Assembly (NCBI GenBank): GCA_051530055.1
Contig: CM121341.1
Location: 434,001 to 498,000, forward strand
Direction of reading: 5' to 3'
Origin: Neoechinorhynchus agilis
Lineage: Eukaryota > Animalia > Acanthocephala
Length of the DNA stretch: 64,000 nucleotides
Of the stretch, positions 24,201 through 35,944 are shown in pieces. Each line of letters starts with the position of its first letter. Within the stretch, counting starts at the first letter, position 1. The position numbers were made by a program, and so were the translations under genes. The notes below the pieces were generated by a model. That model did not search any database, was not told where the DNA came from, and worked only from the letters and a program-made list of their open reading frames with translations.

Positions 24201-26545
24201 GCCGGTCGTCTTTTGATTGATATTTTTTATATACACGGCCGAATGGACACACAGTCCACCGATTTCGGTCTGGAAGTGCTGATCTGCGCTCAATGTCCCA
24301 GGACCGGACGATTATAAGTTTGTAAATCCCGCCGGATTCTAGGATACCTCCCGAGGACGCGGGACTCATCATTGAGTTTCCTCTTCCCTTCAGCAGTATT
24401 TCGTCCCCTTTGATGTGCATCATTGGCGGTTACGGATTCCAATCCGTTGACCCTTAACTGGAATTTGGAGCATTAGTCAACTTGACCACCTCGGCAAAAC
24501 TTCGGAATGTACAAACTTCGCCACTTTAGCCTGAATAAGCTTTCCAATTTTTAGAATTTTTTTATAAATGTGTCAGCCGGTCGTCTTTTGATTGATATTT
24601 TTTATATACACGGCCGAATGGACACACAGTCCACCGATTTCGGTCTGGAAGTGCTGATCTGCGCTCAATGTCCCAAGACCGGACGATTATAAGTTTGTAA
24701 ATCCCGCCGGATTCTAGGATACCTCCCGAGGACGCGGGACTCATCATTGAGTTTCCTCTTCCCTTCAGCAGTATTTCGTCCCCTTTGATGTGCATCATTG
24801 GCGGTTACGGATTCCAATCCGTTGACCCTTTACTGGAATTTGGAGCATTAGTCAACTTGACCACCTCGGCAAAACTTCGGAATGTACAAACTTCGCCACT
24901 TTAGCCTGAATAAGCTTTCCAATTTTTAGAATTTTTTATAAATGTGGTTCAGCCGGTCGTCTTTTGATTGATATTTTTTATATACACGGCCGAATGGACA
25001 CACAGTCCACCGATTTCGGTCTGGAAGCGCTGATCTGCGCTCAATGCACCAAGACCGGACGATTATAAGTTTGTAAATCCCGCCGGATTCTAGGATACCT
25101 CCCGAGGACGCGGGACTCATCCTCTTCCCTTCAGCAGTATTTCGTCCCCTTTGATGTGCATCATTGGCGGTTACGGATTCCAATCCGTTGACCCTTAACT
25201 GGAATTTGGAGCATTAGTCAACTTGACCACCTCGGCAAAACTTCGGAATGTACAAACTTCGCCACTTTAGCCTGAATAAGCTTTCCAATTTTTAGAATTT
25301 TTTATAAATGTGGTTCAGCCGGTCGTCTTTTGATTGATATTTTTTATATACACGGCCGAATGGACACACAGTCCACCGATTTCGGTCTGGAAGTGCTGAT
25401 CTGCGCTCAATGTCCCAGGACCGGACGATTATAAGTTTGTAAATCCCGCCGGATTCTAGGATACCTCCCGAGGACGCGGGACTCATCATTGAGTTTCCTC
25501 TTCCCTTCAGCAGTATTTCGTCCCCTTTGATGTGCATCATTGGCGGTTACGGATTCCAATCCGTTGACCCTTAACTGGAATTTGGAGCATTAGTCAACTT
25601 GACCACCTCGGCAAAACTTCGGAATGTACAAACTTCGCCACTTTAGCCTGAATAAGCTTTCCAATTTTTAGAATTTTTTATAAATGTGGTTCAGCCGGTC
25701 GTCTTTTGATTGATATTTTTTATATACACGGCCGAATGGACACAGTCCACCGATTTCTCTGGAAGTGCTGATCTGCGCTCAATGCCCAGGACCGGACGAT
25801 TATAAGTTTGTAAATCCCGCCGGATTCTAGGATACCTCCCGAGGACGCGGGACTCATCATTGAGTTTCCTCTTCCCTTCAGCAGTATTTCGTCCCCTTTG
25901 ATGTGCATCATTGGCGGTTACGGATTCAATCCGTTGACCCTTAACTGGAATTTGGAGCATTAGTCAACTTGACCACCTCGGCAAAACTTCGGAATGTACA
26001 AACTTCGCCACTTTGCCTGAATAAGCTTTCCAATTTTTAGAATTTTTTATAAATGTGGTTCAGCCGGTCGTCTTTTGATTGATATTTTTTATATACACGG
26101 CCGAATGGACACACAGTCCACCGATTTCGGTCTGGAAGCGCTGATCTGCGCTCAATGTCCCAGGACCGGACGATTATAAGTTTGTAAATCCCGCCGGATT
26201 CTAGGATACCTCCCGAGGACGCGGGACTCATCATTGAGTTTCCTCTTCCCTTCAGCGGTATTTCGTCCCCTTTGATGTGCATCATTGGCGGTTACGGATT
26301 CCAATCCGTTGACCCTTAACTGGAATTTGGAGCATTAGTCAACTTGACCACCTCGGCAAAACTTCGGAATGTACAAACTTCGCCACTTTAGCCTGAATAA
26401 GCTTTCCAATTTTTAGAATTTTTTATAAATGTGGTAGAGCCGGTCGTCTTTTGATTGATATTTTTTATATACACGGCCGAATGGACACACAGTCCACCGA
26501 TTTCGGTCTGGGAAGCGCTGGTCTGCGCTCAATGCACCAAGACCG
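21261..26545. repeat. Satellite array 4, about 373-bp unit, about 14 copies
   Basis: TTTATATACACGGCCGAATGG recurs at 21261, 21637, 22010 and onward. The first copy is the most diverged. Confidence 0.98.
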
Positions 26546-27480
26546 TCCCGTACACCCGAGTCAAGGCTACCAACTTTGGACCCCGGATACATCCATTTTT
26601 GGATTCTTGAGAAGGATGCTGAGGCCTTGAAAATTCGCAATGGAGATTTCAATAATAAAGGTGGAGTGTGTGACAATTCGCCATTGAGAATACACATCCA
26701 CTCGAACGAACAATTGGATGGAATTAAATGGTTTTATTGACTTCTATAATAATGGTGAAGGATGGACTATAAAATGAAGGGTAAGGTCTTGTTGGTATTA
26801 AGTTTTAAAACAGCTTCAAAGTCAAATTTAAGAATTTGATTTTAATACTAGAAACAAACCACAATTATGCATTGATAGATAAAAATGTGTTTATCATTTA
26901 TAGGGCTAAAAGGATACTTGTCGCAAAAAATATCCTTGTAGCTTTGGAGGTAAATTTGACTCTTTTTCACAATTCCAAATATGCTGAATCTTTATTTGAA
27001 AATGCAAAGATAACCTGAGTGTAGAGATTTTTAATTTCGAGACATAAAAAATGTCGAATTTAAGTTAGCGATTGATTATCATGCTCATTGAAGAAAAAGT
27101 AGATTGCAAACTGCAATGAAGTTGTCGAATTATGAATTTGGTGTGTACCATTAAAAGCTTGACGACGTCGAGGATTAATCATCGATAAATTAATAATCGT
27201 GAATTTGATACGCATTCTTATTTCATGGTTTGATTGACAATTGCGATCGGAATTGTGTTGACCTCACCGCCTTTTCGAGTATTCAAATTTTGTTGATTCC
27301 TCTCCGTGGAAATGCCTCAACACAGTCGAACGCGTCTACTCATCGTTGTTCCATCGGTTTGGCAGAAAGAAATAAGTAGAAAATAGTGTCCTTGGGCGCC
27401 TTTTACTAGCTAGAAACAATTTCTTTTTTCCGAGTGTTGAGTGATTGATTCCGTGTTTTAGAACGGACGCGATTGTTCCA

Positions 27481-29575
27481 ATGGAAGACGGTCAATTCAT
27501 AGGGATAGATGTTGAGGATCAGAATGAAGGGAAACAAACCGGTCCGGTTATCGCCCTGAAGAAAGAACTCGGCCTAATGCATGGCGTCTCAGTTATTGTC
27601 AGCTCTATGATTGGTAGCGGAATATTTATCACACCCGGTGAAGTCCTTAGACTTTGTGGATCGATTCCTGCTGCGATTCTTGTATGGTTAATATCGGGAT
27701 TGCTAGCCATTTGTGGAGCATTGATGTACGCTGAATTGGGTGCAATGATGCCACGAGGAGGAGGCGATTATGAGTACCTTTTGAGAATATTCGGAGGTCC
27801 AATGGCGTTCATGTTCGCGTGGACAAGAATCGTATTGGCTGCTCCATCATCATTAGCAGCCGGAGCATTGGCTTTTGGGAATTATCTTATTCTTTCCATA
27901 TCTCCCTGTACTGTCCAACAGGCACCAAGATTCCTTTTAGCCGTGCTTGCATTAATGGGGTTCACTTATTTAAACTGCCGGAGTGTAAAGTGGGCGTCGA
28001 GAGTACAAATCGTATTCGCACTCGGGAAAGGAATGGCTTTAATTGGGATTCTAATAGCCGGAATATATGCATTCTGTATCGGTGGAGCGAGGTTTTATGC
28101 AGATGGATTTAGAGGAACCTCAACAAAACCTCTGGATATTATTCTTTCCTTCTATAGTGCCATATTTGCTTATACGGGATGGTGAGCTCTAACGCTGACT
28201 CTTTTATACAAATAAACGCACACCATAATTTAGGAATTTTCTGAATTTTGTAGTCGAGGAACTAAAGAATCCAGAAAAGTGAGTTTCCTTCAAATCTATG
28301 CATTTAAAATTCTATCTTTTAAGGGATCTACCACGTTCGATTACTATTGGTCTTGGCACCGTAACAACCCTTTAAACCGCGTTTTCTCATTTCTGGAGCT
28401 TACTAAATGAGAATTCGCAAAATACGTCTTAACGAACGTCGCCTATTTTGCGATGATCCCCATTGAACAGGCTGTAGCTTCACCGGCACTCGCTGTGGTA
28501 CGTATTTTTTGAATTCCGTTTATGTCGGTTAATGCTTTGGTTCTTAAAGACGGCACTCGGTGCTCTTTACGCCCCTCTTGGAAAACTCATCTCTGTGTTG
28601 GTTTCCTTGTCGGTCTTTGGATATCTGAACAGTGCGTTATTCGCATCCACGAGGTTCGGCTCCTTTTCGAATCACAAACTTCTTTACCGATCACTAAAAA
28701 CAGAGTTGGATTCAGTGCCGCCAGAAACGGACACATGCCAATCGTAATGGCGTACATTAATGTTCAACATGTCACGCCTATGGTTTCCGTTATTGTCCTA
28801 GTAAGTCTTCTTATAAAAACCCGACTAAATGGAGCGAACTAGGCGCTCTTTACTGTCGTTTACATCTCAATTGGATCGTTAACCTTTATCATAAATATGA
28901 ACTCCTTCAGCGAAACTTTCTTTTATTGTATTACATCCATAGCGTTTTTCTATCTGAGATGGAAAACTCGAGGTAGAAAGAGCGATCGAAAGGTTTGTAT
29001 CAAGTATTTGCTCTTTTGACAATATCATTCTTAACAGGTCAACATAATATTCCCGATTATATTTTTCGTCGGAATGGTCCTGATCACTGTCCTTTCGTTG
29101 ATACGCGAACCTATCGCTTGTGCGGGCGGACTTGGCTTGATTCTCGGAGGACTCATATTCTACTTTGTATTTTGCGTCCTTGTTCAACCTACAAACATTA
29201 GAATGATGGCAGGTGAGTTCCATTGCCTTCGCTATTTGTTATTTCAAGTGCTGAATTGCAGATAAAGTCGTTTTAGTCATCCAGAAAGCGTCATATTCGA
29301 TTTTCCAACAAGGTGATTCATAAACAAAATAAAAAAAATGGGTTTCTCATTTACGATTGCCGTGCACCGCGTAAAGTGATGGATTTTCAAAAAACCAGCA
29401 CACCGATATTGTCGCATCTTCAGGAAAAGACGGACAATAAACGATATTTTGATTAGTATTACAATCTTAAGCGAAATATTGAGGTGTAGTTGTCTTGTCT
29501 TCACCATTAGAAATCGTAGTTTATATGAAAAAGCGCGATTTTTAATTTACAGTAGCATTGAATTGCGAACCGTAA
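27481..29575 (+). CDS. SLC7 (LAT/heteromeric light chain) amino-acid transporter, multi-exon
   Basis: LKKELGL..GVSVIV.SMIGSGIFITP, YAELG...P..GGDYEYL, FAYTGW|NFLNFVVEELKNPEK, SRFESAARNGHMP. GT-AG introns. The last two small exons are inferred. Confidence 0.92.
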
Positions 29576-29819
29576 TAGATACAGGAGGGATTTGATGTCA
29601 ATGACATATTAAGCACTTTGAACTAAATCCTATACGAATTCATTAGTCAATTTTAGGCTTAAATCAAAATAGATTTCAGGTGCTACTATTGAATTTCAAC
29701 CTCGCAAAAAAAAGAGTGTTAGACGTTCAAGGTGAAAAGGTTCGTCGCAAAATCCTTGAAGGTGCGTGATAAACATTGTGAATTTTAACTATAAATGGGA
29801 ATTCAAACTGCTTATTATT

Positions 29820-30050
29820 TGAGACAAACGTTGAAAATTCAGAAACCATCTCTTTAATTTCTCGGAATTTAATAGATTTGCTGCAATCCGATAAGTTTGG
29901 CTCTGCAACGGGAGGGGACGCTGCATCCGTCATTTCGACCATTACACCATGAACGGCGGCTGAGTAATCCAGAGCGGTGGCATGAATGTTTGTAGGAAAT
30001 ACATGTTTAATCAAATTTAAACTTGATATTAAAACGATTTTATATTTAAA
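29820..30050 (+). mobile_element. CRE-like element, extreme 3' end fragment
   Basis: Aligns with 35100-35300 (TGCAACGGGAGGG...CGCTGCATCC...GCTGAGT.ATCCAGAGCGGTG.CAT.AATGTTTGTA). Confidence 0.75.
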
Positions 30051-30299
30051 CATTCACTAGAAATTCTACTCTTCGCAACAGACGATGAAGGTCAATCCAT
30101 ATCGTGTTTTCCTCGTCCCTAATTTCTCCATTTGAAGTCTATGTGTGAGTTTGCTATTTAGATCTTCACCCGGTAGAGAAAGTTTTATTAAAGACTTTTT
30201 TGAACCTCGTTGGGTTCCTGCTCTTTTTTACGTTGACGTTATGTGTTAAGGGAAAGTTTGTAAAATCGTTGATCGTTCGCATCCGGTTTCTGATCTTTA

Positions 30300-31330
30300 T
30301 TTTTTTAATTTTCTCCTTAATTAAGCGCCGGTGTTATTGTGCTCACTCACCAAAATCAAAGTTTGATCATTATTGATCGCGTGGCTTGTTTGCACATCGT
30401 TCAGAGCGATATTAGACGCTACAGTCCTCTGCATATTGGACTGATTGTAGACCTTGTAGGCCACAGCTCTCTTTTTGGATTCGTCTCGTCTGAAACTTCT
30501 TCAAATATCTATTTTTCTTATCACCAAGCTAAATATATATAAATGAACAACTTCTTTGCAGCTCTCTTTTCTGTTTCTTGGTATTTTCGAGAAATGAGAT
30601 TCCCAATCGTCATGAAGGGTCCAAAATAAAATGGGCATTTTATTGGAAGACCGCTGTTCCTGATTGTTTGCGAGATTTTGTATCGCTAACCGTTGGTCCT
30701 TGGGTCTATTTCCAGCAATCTAATTCGCATTTCCATTCGGGTTCACAGTCTTTTCGTTCAAAAAGGTGTTTCTCGCGTTGTTCACTTCCTGACGCGGTGC
30801 AAAAACGAACGTTTTAACCGCTGGAGCTCGTCCCTAGGCAGTTCATCGTCTGCGCAGTCTCTGAAGATTCCTATTTTAGTGTTCCTGTTATGGGCACTAT
30901 GTTTAGATATATGTAGTTGATCGTTTCAGTGAGTTTCATGTATTATGATGTGATCACTCATTTCGCGTTCTTTGAATCAATACATCTAGAAACGGTAATC
31001 TTCCATTCGGGTCAGGCCCATCCATAGTGAATTTTATTTGATGATGTTGCCGATTGAGATGTTCCATTTCGATAGTTGACACTGTCTTCATCACCAGGCA
31101 AAAACATGAAAATGTAGTACAAGGCAACTGCTGGTTAGCAGCATACTTTTGTCTAAAAGTCGCAGTCTTCTCGTAAAGAATATAACCTTCTTTTGGAATT
31201 TCAGGAATCGAACATCTGATTAGAGTACTATCACCTTAGCGAAATAGCAGTAGAAGCTATCAACTAATAATAACACGTTTTATTATTGATCAAAGTGAAG
31301 GAAACATGGACCTCTGGATCGTTCCTTGAA
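30300..31330 (-). mobile_element. Decayed Penelope-like element (RT thumb region)
   Basis: Minus-strand translation with a frameshift gives EHLNRQHHQI-FTMDGPDPNGRLPFLDVLIQR and CADDELPRDELQRLKRSF, typical of PLE RT. Boundaries are approximate. Confidence 0.65.
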
Positions 31331-31494
31331 TGTAGTTGTTTATTCTTGGGTGCGTGACGGTTTCCGCCGGGAGGGAAAGTTAGTGGTCATTGGTGTAGGT
31401 CAGATTGCTAGGTTGATCTATCCTCCGGTTCATTTCGGGTTATGATATCCAAAAAGATTAGGCAATGTGGAGAAAGGAACGGAGGCAGAGGGAG

Positions 31495-31612
31495 GTGCGA
31501 GTAACCGTGACACCGCCCGGTCTATGGTGACCATCGAGTCGGCAAGGATAGCTCGGGCACGACTAAGAGCATTGCGTTCACTTCGGCGTGTCGTGAGTAC
31601 CTTCCGCCGAAA
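31495..31612 (-). mobile_element. Short CRE-like fragment with an internal deletion
   Basis: GTGACACCG.CCGGTCTA...CATCGAGTCGGCAA and GTTCACTTCGGCGTGTCGTGAGTAC match 47648-47778. Confidence 0.75.
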
Positions 31613-33683
31613 TATCTCGGATTTAATATAATTCCTTCAATTTTTAATCTTCAAATTCTGGTTTACCTCCAAAGACCATTGACAATGTTCCTCAAATGCC
31701 AATCACGACATCACCAATACAAAATGAAATTCAATTTCAGGGGAATATCGAGCGCGTTCTTCGACTGAATCGAGAATAAATTACAGTTGTCGCGGACGAA
31801 TCTCTTCTTGTTCCCTAGATTAATGTTTTTCCGCTTCCGATGTTTCTGAAGGATCTACAAAAAATTACTCAATACCTTTCAACAGCATGCGCGCTATATC
31901 GCATAAACTCAAATCGGTCGATTGCTGGATGGGTTTCTTTGACCGCCTCTTAAATAACTGAGCAGTATTCAAAATATTTTTCCACGCGAGCTTCGTAACC
32001 AGTTCATTCCTCTTTTGCCGTAACAAAACTTTGGAATCCAGTAATCTATATCATGGTATCCGTTTTCCCACTTATCTTTTCCAACAACACTCTCATTAGC
32101 TGCTGTTGGTTGATTAGGACCTCTTCAATGGTACTCAATCTCTTACGACGTTCATCGTCGCCTGATGGCATGATTGACATACGAACTCATATTTCTAATA
32201 ATCAAAACGGCCTCGCATCCATAACCTACGACATAGACTACTCTTCGAGCCAAGGAGAAAAACCACTTGGTATGTTCTAGATAACAAAACTTAGAAGGCT
32301 CATTGCTCGCGTATGTCATTGTATTTTATCTGACGGTTTTTCCCGCTTATACAGAGGTTGGTCTCGTACAGGTCAAAGGATAGATAACGGGGAAGATTTG
32401 TCAGAGAAAGGCTGACTAAGACCTTCTGATATCAGTATTTTGCTATCGGTCACTAGTAACGAAATAATATTGACAATCTTACCTATATTATCGATTTTCA
32501 TGCATAATGGCAAGTACTAGATTGTATGAAGACTCTCTGAGGATTGTTGCTTTATTTTATTTAGAGGGAGAACGCCAAGAATATCAAGTTTCTACAAATG
32601 GCGTAGTGGATGGAGACGAAATTGAAATTTCGGACTCCATGGTACACAGGTAACACTTTAGTTGAAGCTCTAGAAAATTTGGATGTAGTCGTTCACCACA
32701 TCCGGTCGGAGGGATGCTCGTTCAAATGGAAGCATTAAAATATGTTGAAACTCTTTTTTCGCCGCCTTCCATTGGCGAATTTAATGCAGCGGGAGCTCTT
32801 ACAGATAGTTTCACCAGCATCGTTCATACTCGAACACAGGATTGCATATGGACATTAAGGATTTATCCGATTAAGGTACTTTATAAGTTTATCCTTATAT
32901 CCCTCTCAACGGAAGTAAAGTCCTCGAAGGACGTGTCCAACGGAGGATTCAACGTCCGGAAGGTGATCCTCCAATAGAAGTCGTCAAATTTGATGCCACA
33001 CTCTTTGAGCATTTTATTTAATAGTTCCTTCCGTCTATGGTTCATATGTGAAACTTGTTGGAGAATAATCACTTAATGCTATAGTGGCATAGTCGATGAT
33101 TTCTTATTGGTATTAATATTGGAAATATTTCCTAATGAGAAATTTTTCCTTTGGAGCGGGGCGTTGTACGAAACGAGCATATGGATCTTTTGGGAGAAGG
33201 GTCGAAGATGCCAAAACCGGGAAACACTTACTCAATTATGGAGAACGAAAACATGCCTTCTCAGGGTCAATAATCTGCAGCTACACTGTACTAGGCTCCG
33301 TCAAAAGTCCGCCTATACCGTCAGGCGAATCCGGAGTTTTTCCAGCAAAAGGTGGAAATAAACTATTCTCGGATTTCGCAGAGCCACTTTTATCTGTAAG
33401 CAGGGCGCGCGACATTGTTTTCATATTAAGATGAGATGGCCTTTTGTAACTTTGAAATTTGAGCGGGCGTCCTGTCTTGTATGGGAGGAGATGGAATTTC
33501 GAAACTTCCGCTACTACATGGGTGCTTCGATCGGAGTATTTGTAGCGTCTCGCTGTCTCCTTTTGCGAAACTGTCGGAGGATGACAATAACCGAACAGCC
33601 CCCTGCGAACATCTCCGTCCGCAAGCTTCGAAGAGACACGTTCAGTCAGTTATCGCTTTGAAAAACGGCAGCGAAACTCTTCC

Positions 33684-34094
33684 AAGTGTATTGATCAAAT
33701 TAATAACGGTGTAAAAAACCTTTTAACACGAGATCTGAGACGATTGATAAAAAAGTTAAATTCTACCTATAAATGCACTTGATGAAATTTGCAATATTAG
33801 CGAATTAAATACCAATAAAAATATCTCTTTCGAAACGTTGAAAAATTCAAACCTAAAAAACCTCCGTTAATTATTAGGTTTTCACGACTTCTCAACAAAA
33901 AAATCCACCAGACTTTAATCAAATAATTAAAAGTGTATTGATCAAATCAATAACGGTGTAAAGCACCTTTCAACTCGAGATCTGAGACGATTGATAAAAA
34001 AGTTAAATTCTACCTATAAATGCACTTGATGAAACTTGCAATATTAGCAAATTAAATGCCAATAAAAATATCTCTTTCGAAACGTTGAAAAATT
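33684..34094. repeat. Direct repeat of about 164 bp (33684-33848 and 33931-34094)
   Basis: AAGTGTATTGATCAAAT...GAAACGTTGAAAAATTC is present twice with few substitutions, period about 247 bp. Confidence 0.9.
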
Positions 34095-34159
34095 CTCTCC
34101 CTTTACTCACATTTACACTACTCGCCGTCCCTAAATTTTCCATCCTTCAGTTCCTCGCA

Positions 34160-35300
34160 AAAATCTCTACCTCCCATCTTTCTTCGCTCAATTCCCCAAA
34201 TGCGAATTGATTCAGAGGAAGGAGCGGAAAACAACAACTACCTGTTTGAACGCGACGAACGTCGAAGATGTTTAGACGAGACTGTGTAGGCCTGCCAAGA
34301 GAAAGTTTTATATACTCAGCTATTGAACGAATCCTGGCGCCACGTCTCCTTTCCTGCGTCGTTCGGCGATTTGGTTACCCGAAAAGCAGTAATATTTTTC
34401 TGTCGGTTGGTGAGGATTACAGGTAGAATGACGGATTCGTGGAGGCTGTTAGTCTTTTTTATGAACATTCCGACAACGAGCAGGTACCCATTAATGGTCA
34501 CAAACAATAAGTTTGGTACTCACTTTTAATGGCGAGAATTCATAACTCTTTAATTTCAGATTCTGGCAGTCTCGGCTGGAGAATCGAGTGTATTGCTCGA
34601 CGCTCTCTCCCGGTGGCTTTTGTGAGTGCCTTTCTCGCCAACGAGAGAGGATCGCGGTGTCCCTTAGACTTGGGATACCGACATCCCATCGCTACCGTTG
34701 CGGAGCCACCGTGGAGCGATCGGGATGCCATGGTCTCGTCTGTCAGCTATCAAGCGGAATGTACTCACGAAGAAGTGAACGAAATTCTTATTCGTGCCCT
34801 GAATATTGAGAATGTGTCCAGCATCCTTGAGCCGGGCACTCCTTTCCGAGTCTATGGTCGTAGACCGGACGGTGCCACAATGCTTCGGTTGCGAGGGGAG
34901 GCAAATGGCTTCACATCGTAGCCAGCAACATAAAATTCGCCACTGTTAAAATAGGGGGAGCAACAACCGCCGCTGATGAGCGCAAAAAGACAAAATACAG
35001 GGACCTGGGTCGAAATCATTATTTCGTTTCCGTTGCTGTCGAGACACTCGGGTCCTTGTGTACCACGGAGCAGGACCTGATCAATCAATTGTCGAAGCGA
35101 CATTGACAAATCACTGAAAATTCGAGAACAGGAGCATTCCTTCTGCAAAACATAAGCCTGGATGTGCAACGGGAGGGAGTAACGCTGCATCCATCCTATT
35201 GACCATTACATCAGGACGGCAGCTGAGTTATCCAGAGCGGTGACATTAATGTTTGTAAATGCTTTTTTGTCCTTGTTCAAAAAGTTAAAGTAAATGAACT
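34160..35300 (+). mobile_element. Internally deleted CRE-like element (5' end plus 3' part, RT missing)
   Basis: The 5' part AAATCTCTACCTCC...ATGCGAATTGATTCAGAGGAA matches the 5' end of the 49600 copy. It is followed by SWRHVSFPASFGDL, the CCHC region (RCGATVE..G.HGLVC), EVNEIL.RAL, RRPDGAT and VAVETLG. Confidence 0.8.
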
Positions 35301-35944
35301 ATCAAATATTAAAATATATTCATTATGGGCAATGCCTAAAATACGAAATAAAAGGACTATTCATGCTTTAACCAGCAAAAAATAGCCTGTATCCTATCAG
35401 CTAAAATATAAAAAGCGTGGCAAAATACACTCATTTGTGTATCTTAAAGGTATTATTTACCATGCGTGGGTTACCTACAAAAATTCTAAGTATGGAGATC
35501 ATTCTTTGTCGACATGGTTCTTTATACCTGAATCAATAAATTCTCCATCGACAAAAACACTAATTTTTACACTCATCATAAGCGAAAACTAAACATTTTT
35601 ATCGGTTTTATTTTGCCATGAATATTATTATGATTCACGCGCAATCCCCAAGAAATAGTCTTGGTCGAAACTGAGATCTTTTCCTACTAAATCAACTTCA
35701 TCCGCCGTTTGACAACTGCCAACCTCGTTTTCAATACAAAATTTATCATTAAGAAGGTACTCTGTTTTGTTTGTCATCTTTTGAGCAATCGGTGTTTCAC
35801 TGTTCAACAAACTGTCGATCGTAATTTTCAACACATTTCGATTTATTCCCATCACAGAAACCAAATTGTCCTCGGATATAATGCAGTTTTCGCAAAGTGC
35901 CTTGAATACGGCCATTTGAAGAAATGTTAAGCGGATTTTGTGAC
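34355..35944. repeat. Left arm of a 1,590-bp inverted duplication
   Basis: Reverse complement of 40516-42105. Identical ORFs appear in mirror image in the track. Confidence 0.95.

Noticed and set aside
21586-26285. Repeated minus-strand ORFs (MMHIKGDE...) as a tandem gene family
   Set aside because: They are translations of the satellite monomer, frames are broken between copies, and no motif was recognised.
1-26545. CRISPR arrays
   Set aside because: The units are whole-length tandem copies without unique spacers, there are no cas genes, and the context is eukaryotic.
32300-33700. L1/Tx1 3' remnant (EVGLVQVK, PNEKFFLW...ETLTQL)
   Set aside because: Motif matches are short and scattered over several frames; left unannotated.
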